DNA of 15,032 nt, taken from Pseudomonadota bacterium (GTDB lineage Bacteria > Bdellovibrionota > Bdellovibrionia > Bdellovibrionales > SG-bin7). The DNA lies in contig JAWXAY010000099.1 of assembly GCA_034439715.1 (NCBI GenBank), positions 1-15,032 of the forward strand, read 5' to 3'. The notes under the pieces were generated by a model. That model was not told the origin of the DNA, made no database searches, and was given only the letters and a program-made list of their open reading frames with translations. The position numbers were made by a program, and so were the translations under genes. Positions 1 through 7,967 of this stretch are shown here, piece after piece (position 1 is the stretch's first letter; the number at the start of each line of letters is the position of its first letter).

Positions 1-107
1 ACCAGAGAAATCTGTTTACTCATAGAGCCTCGATTGAATGGACGGTAGTCCTTGACCAAATCCGCAGTCTCCTTGAGAAGTTCAAAAAACTTTACATCAC
101 TTTCCAT
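1..107 (-). CDS. hypothetical protein, N-terminal part (runs off the window)
   Basis: ATG at 107 preceded by GGAGGG Shine-Dalgarno; frame open to the window edge (MESDVKFFELLKETADLVKDYRPFNRGSMSKQISL...); co-directional with the resolvase. Not in the ORF track. Confidence 0.55.
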   Translation of the reverse strand, partial: MESDVKFFELLKETADLVKDYRPFNRGSMSKQISL

Positions 108-123
108 TTAACCCTCCATACAT

Positions 124-153
124 GCGCATCGAAATCGGCCGATTAAGATGCGC
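124..153. repeat. 30-bp near-perfect palindrome
   Basis: GCGCATC-GA-AATCGG|CCGATT-AA-GATGCGC, between the resolvase stop and the next gene's RBS. Confidence 0.75.
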
Positions 154-160
154 GGTTTTG

Positions 161-799
161 TCAATTCTCGGCCCGTGTTTTTGCAGCTGATTTTTCGTCT
201 ATGACAGGACCCGTTTTAGATGCGGTCCTCAATGCACGACAAACAGTACCCATTGAACAATTTAATTGAACGGCGATTGCCCGATAGCTAAGACCCTGGC
301 GCCTGAGATTGACGACGGCATCAAAGTCATTTTCTTTTGGACGGCCTAACTTTTTACCAATTGAGACGGCATGATCTAGGCCAATGAGTGTGCGCTCTCG
401 AATGAGAGCTGCTTCAAACTCAGCAAAGCAGGCTAATAAATTTCTGAGTAAGCGACCTGCGCTGGTTGTAAGATCAAATTGATCTTTGACTGACACAAAT
501 TCAACACCCAACTCTTCAAACTCTTCGACAGTCAATACCAGGTGTTTTAGCGATCGGAAAAGACGATCAAGTTTAAGAACGACGACGACATCGACTTGCC
601 GCTCTCTAACAAGAGTCAATAGTCTTTTGAGTCCTGGCCGTTCAGCGTTTGTACCACTATATCCGTGATCGACAATCTCTTCTGCAATCGTCCACTCACG
701 AGCCTTGCAATAGGATCTTAACTCTGAAAGTTGAACTTCTGGTTTCTGATCTCGAGTGGTCGAACATCTTGCATAGACGGCAATACGTTTGGAGGTCAT
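161..799 (-). CDS. small serine recombinase (resolvase/invertase family) with C-terminal HTH
   Basis: IAVYARCST (catalytic Ser), GxSG...RPGL, KLDRLFRS, FAEFE..LIRERT..GL, GKKLGRP, then HTH GLSYRAIAVQLNCSMGTVCRAL. Confidence 0.95.
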   Translation of the reverse strand: MTSKRIAVYARCSTTRDQKPEVQLSELRSYCKAREWTIAEEIVDHGYSGTNAERPGLKRLLTLVRERQVDVVVVLKLDRLFRSLKHLVLTVEEFEELGVEFVSVKDQFDLTTSAGRLLRNLLACFAEFEAALIRERTLIGLDHAVSIGKKLGRPKENDFDAVVNLRRQGLSYRAIAVQLNCSMGTVCRALRTASKTGPVIDEKSAAKTRAEN

Positions 800-1254
800 A
801 AAATCCCCCAGGCAACTACTGAGAGGACTTCTTGAATGAGTGCATGATTAGTTGGTCGTTCTGGGCCATCAATAAATAGTCGATGAACTTTGATTCTGAA
901 ATCTTGATCTGAGACTTTTGAATGTTCACGAACGAAGAGTGCAATAAAATGTCTGTCGTCTGAATTGAGTTCTTCAAGAAGAACGGTGCCATACCAAGGA
1001 TGAGTGCGTAGCTTGCGGAATTCATTTTCTCTTTGCTCAGCAGATGAAATCTTGATGCCGGATAACTCGAGAGCTAATTGTCGAGCTGACTTTGAAGATC
1101 TACACTTGATTGTGAACTTGGTTGAAGCATCTGATTCATCGTAATTTCCTATTTCTACTTCTGAACCAGTTTGAAGTATGAGATTTTTTGTTGATGTTCC
1201 CTGCGTTTTATTTTTTGTTTTCGATTGAGATGGTTGGTCTTGGTTAGACTTCAA
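796..1254 (-). CDS. hypothetical protein
   Basis: 152-aa ORF; GGAGG 7 nt before the TTG start; 4-nt ATGA overlap with the resolvase start. Confidence 0.75.
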   Translation of the reverse strand: MKSNQDQPSQSKTKNKTQGTSTKNLILQTGSEVEIGNYDESDASTKFTIKCRSSKSARQLALELSGIKISSAEQRENEFRKLRTHPWYGTVLLEELNSDDRHFIALFVREHSKVSDQDFRIKVHRLFIDGPERPTNHALIQEVLSVVAWGIL

Positions 1255-1329
1255 CCGTTCACCTCCAAAAGATCCCTTGTGACCTAAAAAATCGCGGCAA
1301 CAATTTGATTATTGACTGGATTGAGCCAA

Positions 1330-1465
1330 AAAGCAAGTTAAATCAATATCTTGCGACTCGCTTCGAGTCGTCAATCTACGTAGCTTTGCGAGACACTTTT
1401 ACTTTTAACCGGGGACAAGGGCGCGGCCCCCTTTTGAAAAACTCAGCTATGGGGTTTGCAGGAGG
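1330..1465. other. hairpin-rich non-coding segment, possible replication or transfer origin
   Basis: CGACTCG-CTT-CGAGTCG (1354-1370), CTACGTAG palindrome, GC-rich GGGGACAAGGGCGCGGCCCCCTTTTG stem and GGGGTTTGCAGG in an otherwise AT-rich intergenic region. Confidence 0.3.
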
Positions 1466-1497
1466 CTGAATTTCTTATTCATAACGTTCGATGTCGT

Positions 1498-1947
1498 ATG
1501 CAAGGTAAGCATGAGTTAATCATATCAGCCAAGGTACTTAGTGCCGTTAAAGCAATAAACGACGGTCACGGTTGTAAAGTAAGAAAGAAAATCTCTGCGG
1601 GTGAATACCTCTTTCGTGATTGGCTCATTTGCGACCATCCTGAATGCCAGCGCCAGATTACCTATGATCCCAAAACGAAAATCATAAAAGAAACTGGCGA
1701 GAAGAAAACCTATCATTACTATCGTTGTTCCAACTTAAGAAAGATTCACATGAAACTTGTGAGTGTATCCGAAGAGAAAATCTGGAAACAGTTTGCGCCT
1801 GCTGTTGAAGCTTTATCCATTTCGCAAGAGTTTGCTCAAGAAATTACCGACGCGCTCAATGAAATGCATGAGAAACAAAAAGCTGCGATCAAAAAATAAA
1901 TGGAAGGATTTAAAGTTGAGTTGTTGAATCTGGGAGGCAAAGAAGAT
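1498..1947 (+). pseudogene. large serine recombinase (integrase) remnant: end of recombinase domain, zinc ribbon and start of coiled coil
   Basis: QGKHELIIS (cf. GxHEPIIS), YLFRDWLICDHPEC...YHYYRCSN zinc ribbon; no catalytic N-terminus; in-frame TAA at 1897-1899 followed by in-frame MEGFKVELLNLGGKED up to the IS66 junction. Confidence 0.8.
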
Positions 1948-2445
1948 TAAGCGAGCTATCGGCCCCAGGTTTGACAGCTAGTTTAATGTAGCGAAGTCTG
2001 CCGGACCAAAAGTTTTGACAATGCCTCAAAGTCCTCAACGGTCTCGGCTTGGTTAATCTTTCCCAGCATTTCCACCAACACCGGAAACGGATCTTTGCCG
2101 GTGACCTTTACGGTAATTACCAAGCTATAAAAAAGGCTCGACGCTTTTGCACCATCTACCGAGTCGCAGAAGAGCCAATGTTTCTGCCGATGGCAAATTT
2201 TCTGATCGCGCGCTCGATCCAACCGTTGTCTATTTCAAAACGGCCATCTTTAAGGACCGGCGTCAACCTAGTATATTCATCAAGGTAATAGCTGATCGCA
2301 TTCCCAAGAGGGCTTTGCGGCAAAACCTTGGGCTTCTTCTCTTCGCACCAGATCTGGATTTTTTCGATGTACGGTTTCACCTCAAGCTGCCTAGCCTCGT
2401 GCCGCTGCTCAGCCGTCAGTCCCTGGTCTTTGTAACTCGTGCTTC
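1947..2445 (-). mobile_element. IS66-family insertion sequence remnant (3' part)
   Basis: tnpC C-terminal homology, plus TTAAGCGAGCTATCGGCCCC at 1947, which resembles the GTAAGCG-type IS66 terminal repeat. Confidence 0.75.
1983..2445 (-). pseudogene. tnpC: IS66 transposase TnpC C-terminal fragment, frameshifted
   Basis: LTAEQRHEARQ...VLPQSPLGNAISY...DGRFEIDNGWIERAIRKFAIGRN/WLFCDSVDGAKASSLFYSLVIT..GKDP; an apparent 1-nt deletion near 2178-2179 splits it between track ORFs 2156..2380 and 1983..2222. Confidence 0.9.
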
Positions 2446-2495
2446 TAAATTACACCGCATCTGTACTTAAGACAATTTAGTGTCTATAAACAAGT

Positions 2496-3287
2496 ATGCC
2501 AGAATTAGCTGAAGTTGCTCTCTACGCCAGAGACTTAAACGAAATTTCCCGTGACCAAAAAATTCTCAAGGTCACTTTTCCTAATCAGAATGATTGGGGC
2601 TCAACAATTATACCCGCCGTAGCCAGAAAGAAATTTAAAAGCCTAACGAAAAAATCAATTCAGTTCCAATCCCATGGGAAGGCACTCCAGCTGCACGTAA
2701 AGGGCACAGCGAGCCCCTTGCTCGAGTTTAGATTAGGAATGACCGGACAGTTTCATTTATTAAAAAAATCTGAAGACTGGAGAAGGCATTACTTCTTGGC
2801 GCTGCATTTTGAACAGAACACTATTTATTATGCCGATCCTCGTCGCTTCGGACGAGTCATTGATCCTATTTCTCGTGATCATGCACTAGGTGGTTTTGCG
2901 CCAGGCGATGGCTTTTGGATAAGCGATAAAGTTGCTGTTCCCGGTGGCTTTAAAACGCTACCTAGAATCACGTGGCTTCTCTCGACGGGGGACCAAACAG
3001 GTGTCGGCAATTATATGGCAAACGAAGCCCTCGGCGCTTTAAAGCTTTCACCCTTTTTGCCTTGTTCTACCGTTACCGAAGCAAAAGCCATCTTAAAAAA
3101 ATGCCGAGACATCGCCCGAAAAAGCTTTAAGTATGGCGGCAACTCTTTTGGATCAGGGTACTACTTGTTAAATGGTGAAGAGGGAAAATACTCAAAATTT
3201 TGCCGCTTCTATCAAAACCAACAGGTTACTAGACATGTCTTTAGAGGTCGGCCGGTCTTTTCCCACTTCGCCGGGCCAAATTTATAA
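2496..3287 (+). CDS. Fpg/Nei-family DNA glycosylase/AP lyase, zinc-less finger (NEIL1-like)
   Basis: N-terminal MPELAEV (catalytic Pro2/Glu3), HGK, FRLGMTG, DPRRFG, H2TH motif GVGNYMANEAL; no CxxC zinc finger, C-terminal RGR instead. Confidence 0.9.
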   Translation: MPELAEVALYARDLNEISRDQKILKVTFPNQNDWGSTIIPAVARKKFKSLTKKSIQFQSHGKALQLHVKGTASPLLEFRLGMTGQFHLLKKSEDWRRHYFLALHFEQNTIYYADPRRFGRVIDPISRDHALGGFAPGDGFWISDKVAVPGGFKTLPRITWLLSTGDQTGVGNYMANEALGALKLSPFLPCSTVTEAKAILKKCRDIARKSFKYGGNSFGSGYYLLNGEEGKYSKFCRFYQNQQVTRHVFRGRPVFSHFAGPNL

Positions 3288-3766
3288 CCCTCTACTCATC
3301 TATCTAAAATTATTTTTTATATCAAAAAATACGAAAATAGTGGGCGCAGCTCAAGTTTAGAAGTGCTTAAAAGCCAAGCAATCACAGCAACTTAAATAAC
3401 GCCATAAAGGAGCTAGTTTTCAATCCGAAAACTCTGCTATGCCTTTACTGACAGGCATTCTAGAGGATCGGCATCTTGACAAAATGGTGCGCAATAGCAT
3501 ACTCTAGAAAGAATACAGGGATTCGTGTGTCTACCTTTCACTTTGTCGAAGCGTTTCTGAGAAATGTTTTGGCTCGAAAGAAAAGGCGCAGTGACAGTCC
3601 CTCCAATCAAATCCTGCTGGTCAGGTGAAGAGGTACAATATGAACAGCTCATCATAAAAATCCCATCAATATAAAATTCAAAGTTTAAAACTAATAACAC
3701 GGTCAGTGCATCGCTTTGACTTAAATTCAATTCGACATTTTGACCCGATCAATTGCGGAGATATTT

Positions 3767-4855
3767 ATGGCTCTACAGAGCACTGCTACGCCTTTTTTAA
3801 AGAATAACGCCCTCGAAACTCAAATTAAATTCAATATGGACTTGGGAAAAGAAATCACCTGGCGCCTGGTGAGTGTGGATTTACCTGACATTGGATTAAA
3901 TCACCTCAATAACCGTTTTGCGCCTGATGAAGCTATGACTGAAGAGGAACACGAACAAGCAATTATTGAAGAGGATGCAATTGCCTTTGAAAATTTAGAA
4001 AAAAGTTGGACCAATAATCCACAGTTTGAACAGCTTATCGGCTTTACCGATGACAAATCTTCGATGGTAAATTTAATCGCTGGTCATAGAAGATTCTTTG
4101 CTGCCAAGAGAACAAAATCAAAATCGGCTCTCATTTGGGTGGCTCACGGCCTTACCGCCGACGAAGTTGAACATGTCAGAGATTGGCCAGAAATTCATCA
4201 GACCAAAGTTCCTCACGCATCGTTTGCGAGATACAAAGCAATTTACAATGACCTCAAGGGTAGAAACGAACTGGATCGTGAAAAGCGTGTAAATGTATGG
4301 AAACAGAAGGGCTATACAAAACCGCAGATTCTAAAAGCTGAACGAGTTTTTGGCCGTATGGATTCATTTTGCAAATCAGTTGGTGAGAAGACTCAAAAAC
4401 GGTCAGGGCAAGTAAAGGCATTTGAAACGTATGACCAAATTTGTGAAACCAAATTCCAAGAGCTAAAGGATCAAGGTGAGATTGCCCGAATTGTTACGCT
4501 TGATAAAGTCGCGAAAGCTTTCTTAAAAAATCAAATTGCACATGACGATTTGAAGGTTACCATTGAGGGTTTGGCAGAGCTATCTCCTTCGGATCCAGTG
4601 TATAAGTCCATTAAGGATAACCCCGATTATCTGAATGATGTTCAAAATCTTAGACGTCTAACAAATCTAGCAAGAGCCCAACGCAATGCTGACAATATTG
4701 TAACTGAGGTTCAAGAGTTTACGGGCCGCATTTTTTCTAAACTAGTTGATCGTGCTGATGTTGCAGAAATGACGGCTTGTTTAGTTGAACTTAAAGACAC
4801 CGCAACTCGTATTGAGGCCGCTCTGAGTAATATCAACAGTCGAGGTTCAAAATGA
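3767..4855 (+). CDS. ParB/Srx-like N-terminal domain protein
   Basis: LIAGHRRFFAAK (GxRR motif, 4082-4093), N-terminal NNRF, helical C-terminus; ATG 3767 has a GGAG RBS and is preferred to TTG 3740. Confidence 0.75.
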   Translation: MALQSTATPFLKNNALETQIKFNMDLGKEITWRLVSVDLPDIGLNHLNNRFAPDEAMTEEEHEQAIIEEDAIAFENLEKSWTNNPQFEQLIGFTDDKSSMVNLIAGHRRFFAAKRTKSKSALIWVAHGLTADEVEHVRDWPEIHQTKVPHASFARYKAIYNDLKGRNELDREKRVNVWKQKGYTKPQILKAERVFGRMDSFCKSVGEKTQKRSGQVKAFETYDQICETKFQELKDQGEIARIVTLDKVAKAFLKNQIAHDDLKVTIEGLAELSPSDPVYKSIKDNPDYLNDVQNLRRLTNLARAQRNADNIVTEVQEFTGRIFSKLVDRADVAEMTACLVELKDTATRIEAALSNINSRGSK

Positions 4856-6369
4856 TTTGCCAAGTAAAAATTGTTGGTGGCTGTGGATTTATTTGTGATT
4901 GGACTGATGACTGTAATGAACTTTTTGATTTGGTGTTGCAGCCGTTGCCTCATCAGAAAGCCTCAAAAAAATATGAGACAACACAGCTCAGAGCTTTCAA
5001 CCTAGTAAACTTCTTCAAGGCTAACGGTGTTGAAGTTCAAGTTGATATCGAAAATCCCTCAGAACACGCTCGACTTACGATCTGGACTCAGAAACTTAAA
5101 ACAATGCGAAATGATGTTTCTGTGGCAGAAGTTGACGGCTTCATCAAAAATGTCGGTATTGACCTCCGAGAACTACAAACTCGAGGTCTTCACCGCCTTT
5201 TGCAGTCTCATTTCGCTTTGTTAGCGGCGGGGTGTGGTGCTGGAAAAACTCTTCTTAACCTCTGCACAGCGCAGTTTAAAAAACGGAAGACTGGCAAGGT
5301 TCAAGTATTTGTTATTGCACCGTCCGCTTGTGCTGGTGAATACATTAAGGAGCTGGAGCGCTTTAGAGGCTACTTTGACTTAACCATGGTGGACACCTGC
5401 GGACTTAGCTCAAAAGAAGCTAAAGCCATAATTCGTGATGGCGATTGCGATGTTGTCCTAGTAAGCGTGGATTCCATTTCTCAGCTGGGTGACACCATCG
5501 CAGCGAGGCTACAGGAGTTTGATGGAGAAACTTTACTAATTGTTGAAGAGGGACACTCCGTAAAAAACGTGGCTTCAAAAAGATCCCAAGGAGTCCAGGC
5601 AATCGCTCCGCTTTTTGATCAGGTGATTGTGTCCACCGCAACACCACTTCCCCTGGGAGCGAAAGATTTGCGTGGCTACATTGGCTTAGTGGGGCTTCCT
5701 CAGCCTGAGGAGGCGTACACTAGTGGAATTCCAACTCAAGACTATGCACTCCTTAAAGGAGTCGCCTTTGTTACTGACGAAGATGACGTACCCTACGCCG
5801 CACTTGATACCGAAAATATCGAGTTTACTGATTTGCAGGACCTCAATAGTCAGATTTCTGAATCTGTAAAATTAGAGTTGAGCGCAGGTCATAAAGTTGT
5901 AATTTTCACCTCTACGAATAGAGCCCTGCAATCGGCCTATGAGCTTTTTCAAGGGATTCCAAGAACGGTTTTGAGCGGATCCTTTTTTATCGCAGACTGC
6001 AACGGTGAGCAACTCGGGCACGGCCGACGCAAAGAGCTTCAGAAAAAAGCAATTGATCAGTTCAACCACAATCCTGATTGTAAAGTTCTAATTGCAAACT
6101 ACCGAGTTGGTTCAACGGGCTTAAACTTGCAGTACAGCGGCGCTCGTATGGCAATATTCTATGAGGTCACAAACTCTGGGGCTGATTTCTTTCAATCTAA
6201 ATATAGAATCCGCCGACCGAATGTATTTCCTGAAGGTGGCTTCAGGTATGTATATGCTGTTCCAACCGATCCAAATCTTCGGCGAACCGTAAACCGCCAA
6301 TTTCTAAAACTGGCTGACCAACGAGCTACTCTGCGAGATTTAAAACTCCAATCAGGTAGTGGATTATGA
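4852..6369 (+). CDS. compact SNF2-like superfamily 2 helicase/ATPase
   Basis: Walker A GCGAGKT, Ia VIAPSA, motif II IVEEGHSVKN, III STATP, IV KVVIFT, V GSTGLNLQ, VI QSKYRIRR; ATGA overlap with the upstream gene. Confidence 0.88.
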   Translation: MICQVKIVGGCGFICDWTDDCNELFDLVLQPLPHQKASKKYETTQLRAFNLVNFFKANGVEVQVDIENPSEHARLTIWTQKLKTMRNDVSVAEVDGFIKNVGIDLRELQTRGLHRLLQSHFALLAAGCGAGKTLLNLCTAQFKKRKTGKVQVFVIAPSACAGEYIKELERFRGYFDLTMVDTCGLSSKEAKAIIRDGDCDVVLVSVDSISQLGDTIAARLQEFDGETLLIVEEGHSVKNVASKRSQGVQAIAPLFDQVIVSTATPLPLGAKDLRGYIGLVGLPQPEEAYTSGIPTQDYALLKGVAFVTDEDDVPYAALDTENIEFTDLQDLNSQISESVKLELSAGHKVVIFTSTNRALQSAYELFQGIPRTVLSGSFFIADCNGEQLGHGRRKELQKKAIDQFNHNPDCKVLIANYRVGSTGLNLQYSGARMAIFYEVTNSGADFFQSKYRIRRPNVFPEGGFRYVYAVPTDPNLRRTVNRQFLKLADQRATLRDLKLQSGSGL

Positions 6370-6731
6370 GTCGAATCAATCAAGGAGCCGCCGCTGAGGA
6401 AATAGCGGTAGCTCATGAAAGACTAAGGCTAGGGTCTGAAAATGCTGGGAGACTCAAGTATGTCGGCAATAGACATGGAATGGGCTTTGACATTCAAAGC
6501 TGCAATTCATCTGCAGATTCTTCGGCCAGATTTATCGAAGTCAAATCTTCAAGCGAAAACGGATACGTATTCTTAACAGAGCGGGAACGGGCTAATCTAA
6601 GTGCCCTGGGGGCATCAGCATGGCTTTATATAGTTGATGTCCACCTTCGCAAAGTTATTAAGACTATCCAAAATCCAATTAGTCTCATCGAAATCGATGG
6701 GACCGCCCTTACTTACAAAATTAAAATTTAG
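6366..6731 (+). CDS. DUF3883 (NO VEIN C-terminal-like) PD-(D/E)xK nuclease domain protein
   Basis: GAAAEEIAVAHE..RL, GMGFDIQS, RFIEVKSS, FLTERE, AWLYIV; ATGA overlap. Confidence 0.85.
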   Translation: MSRINQGAAAEEIAVAHERLRLGSENAGRLKYVGNRHGMGFDIQSCNSSADSSARFIEVKSSSENGYVFLTERERANLSALGASAWLYIVDVHLRKVIKTIQNPISLIEIDGTALTYKIKI

Positions 6732-6740
6732 GAGTTCAAA

Positions 6741-7967
6741 ATGAAATCAGTAAAAGCGACTTGCCCCGAATGTTCTCATCAGTTCCCTCTCGATGAAATC
6801 TTAACTAAAGAGATTGATTCGATGGTTAGCAAGGAAACCAAAGAAATTGTCGAGAAGAGAGATGCTGAAATCCGTTCAATGAAATCTCAATTCGTGGAAA
6901 TGGAAAGCCAAAATAAAATTAAGGCTCAGCAACTTGCCCACGAGGAAGTAAAGAAAGCCCTTAAGGCTCAAGAACAGCAAATCAAAGCTGAAAATAAAAT
7001 GATACTGATAGCCCTTGATGAAGAAATAAAAGATGCAAAAACACGGCTGCAGGAAGCGCAAAAAAATGAGCTGTCTCTTAGAAAGAAAGCCTTGGAGGTT
7101 GAACAAAGGGAAAAAGAGATCGATTTAGAGATCGCACGTAAAACTTCAGAGCAAGTGACGGTTGTTAGAGAAAAACTGACCAAGCAAATTGCTGAAGATT
7201 TTCACAGAAAAGATACGGAGCGGGAACATTTGATTTCAGAGTTACGAAAACAATTGGTGGAGATGAAGCAAAAGGCGGAGCAAGGCTCTCAGCAAATTCA
7301 CGGTGAACTTTTTGAGGATGAAATAGGCGCACTACTACGCGAGGCCTTCCCCACTGACACAATCGAAGATGTTCCAAAAGGTGTTTGCGGAGGGGATCTA
7401 ATCCAAGCAGTAGTAACCCGTTCAGGACAGCGGGCCGGAAGAATTCTTTGGGAGGTTAAGCAAACAAAATCATTCCAAACCGCCTGGCTTGAGAAACTGC
7501 GCGATGACCGCAATGAGCTTGGAGCAGAGCTGGCAATTTTAGTAACTGCGACTATGCCGAAAGGAAAAGTCGGAGCTTATCTGGACCAAGGTATATGGGT
7601 AGTTGATCCGATCGTCGCCATCAGTGTGGCCCAAGTGGCTCGCCAAAGTCTGATCGATGTTCATCAAGCAGTTGTAGTTTCAAGCGCTCGGCATGAGAAA
7701 GCCGACATTCTGTACAACTACCTAACCAATCCCGTCTTTCGTCAACGGCTCGAAGCAGTTGTTGAGAGTTTTCACCAAATGAGAGAAGATTTGGAGAGAG
7801 AAAAAAGAGCAATTTCAAAAAGTTGGAAACAGCGAGAGCGACAGATTGATTCAGTTGTTGAGAACACCGTGCATATCTATTCTGACATCCAGTCAGTGGT
7901 TGGCCATAAAGTTCTTACTATTCAGCGCCTTGAACTTCCAACTAGTGAGGTAACCCAGCATGAGTGA
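6741..7967 (+). CDS. DUF2130-family protein (CxxC, coiled coil, PD-(D/E)xK-like C-terminal domain)
   Basis: CPEC at the N-terminus, long coiled coil, QGSQQIHGELFE, FPTDTIEDVPKG..GGDLIQ, ILWEVKQTK, WLEKLRDD, AILVT; AGGAG RBS. Confidence 0.88.
   Translation: MKSVKATCPECSHQFPLDEILTKEIDSMVSKETKEIVEKRDAEIRSMKSQFVEMESQNKIKAQQLAHEEVKKALKAQEQQIKAENKMILIALDEEIKDAKTRLQEAQKNELSLRKKALEVEQREKEIDLEIARKTSEQVTVVREKLTKQIAEDFHRKDTEREHLISELRKQLVEMKQKAEQGSQQIHGELFEDEIGALLREAFPTDTIEDVPKGVCGGDLIQAVVTRSGQRAGRILWEVKQTKSFQTAWLEKLRDDRNELGAELAILVTATMPKGKVGAYLDQGIWVVDPIVAISVAQVARQSLIDVHQAVVVSSARHEKADILYNYLTNPVFRQRLEAVVESFHQMREDLEREKRAISKSWKQRERQIDSVVENTVHIYSDIQSVVGHKVLTIQRLELPTSEVTQHE

Noticed and set aside
2049..2470. 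Plus-strand ORFs 2049..2288 and 2147..2470
   Set aside because: Antisense shadows of the IS66 tnpC remnant.
2461..2476. LexA/SOS box upstream of the glycosylase (CTGTACTTAAGACAAT)
   Set aside because: Spacing and right half do not fit CTGT-N8-ACAG.
2496..3287. Gene symbol mutM/fpg or nei
   Set aside because: No zinc finger, divergent motifs and island context; orthology cannot be supported.
3437..3730. 97-aa minus-strand ORF
   Set aside because: TTG start, no RBS or recognisable motif, opposite to both neighbours; probably spurious.
3716..3745. Sigma70 promoter from TTGACT at 3716
   Set aside because: No acceptable -10 element at 16-18 nt spacing.
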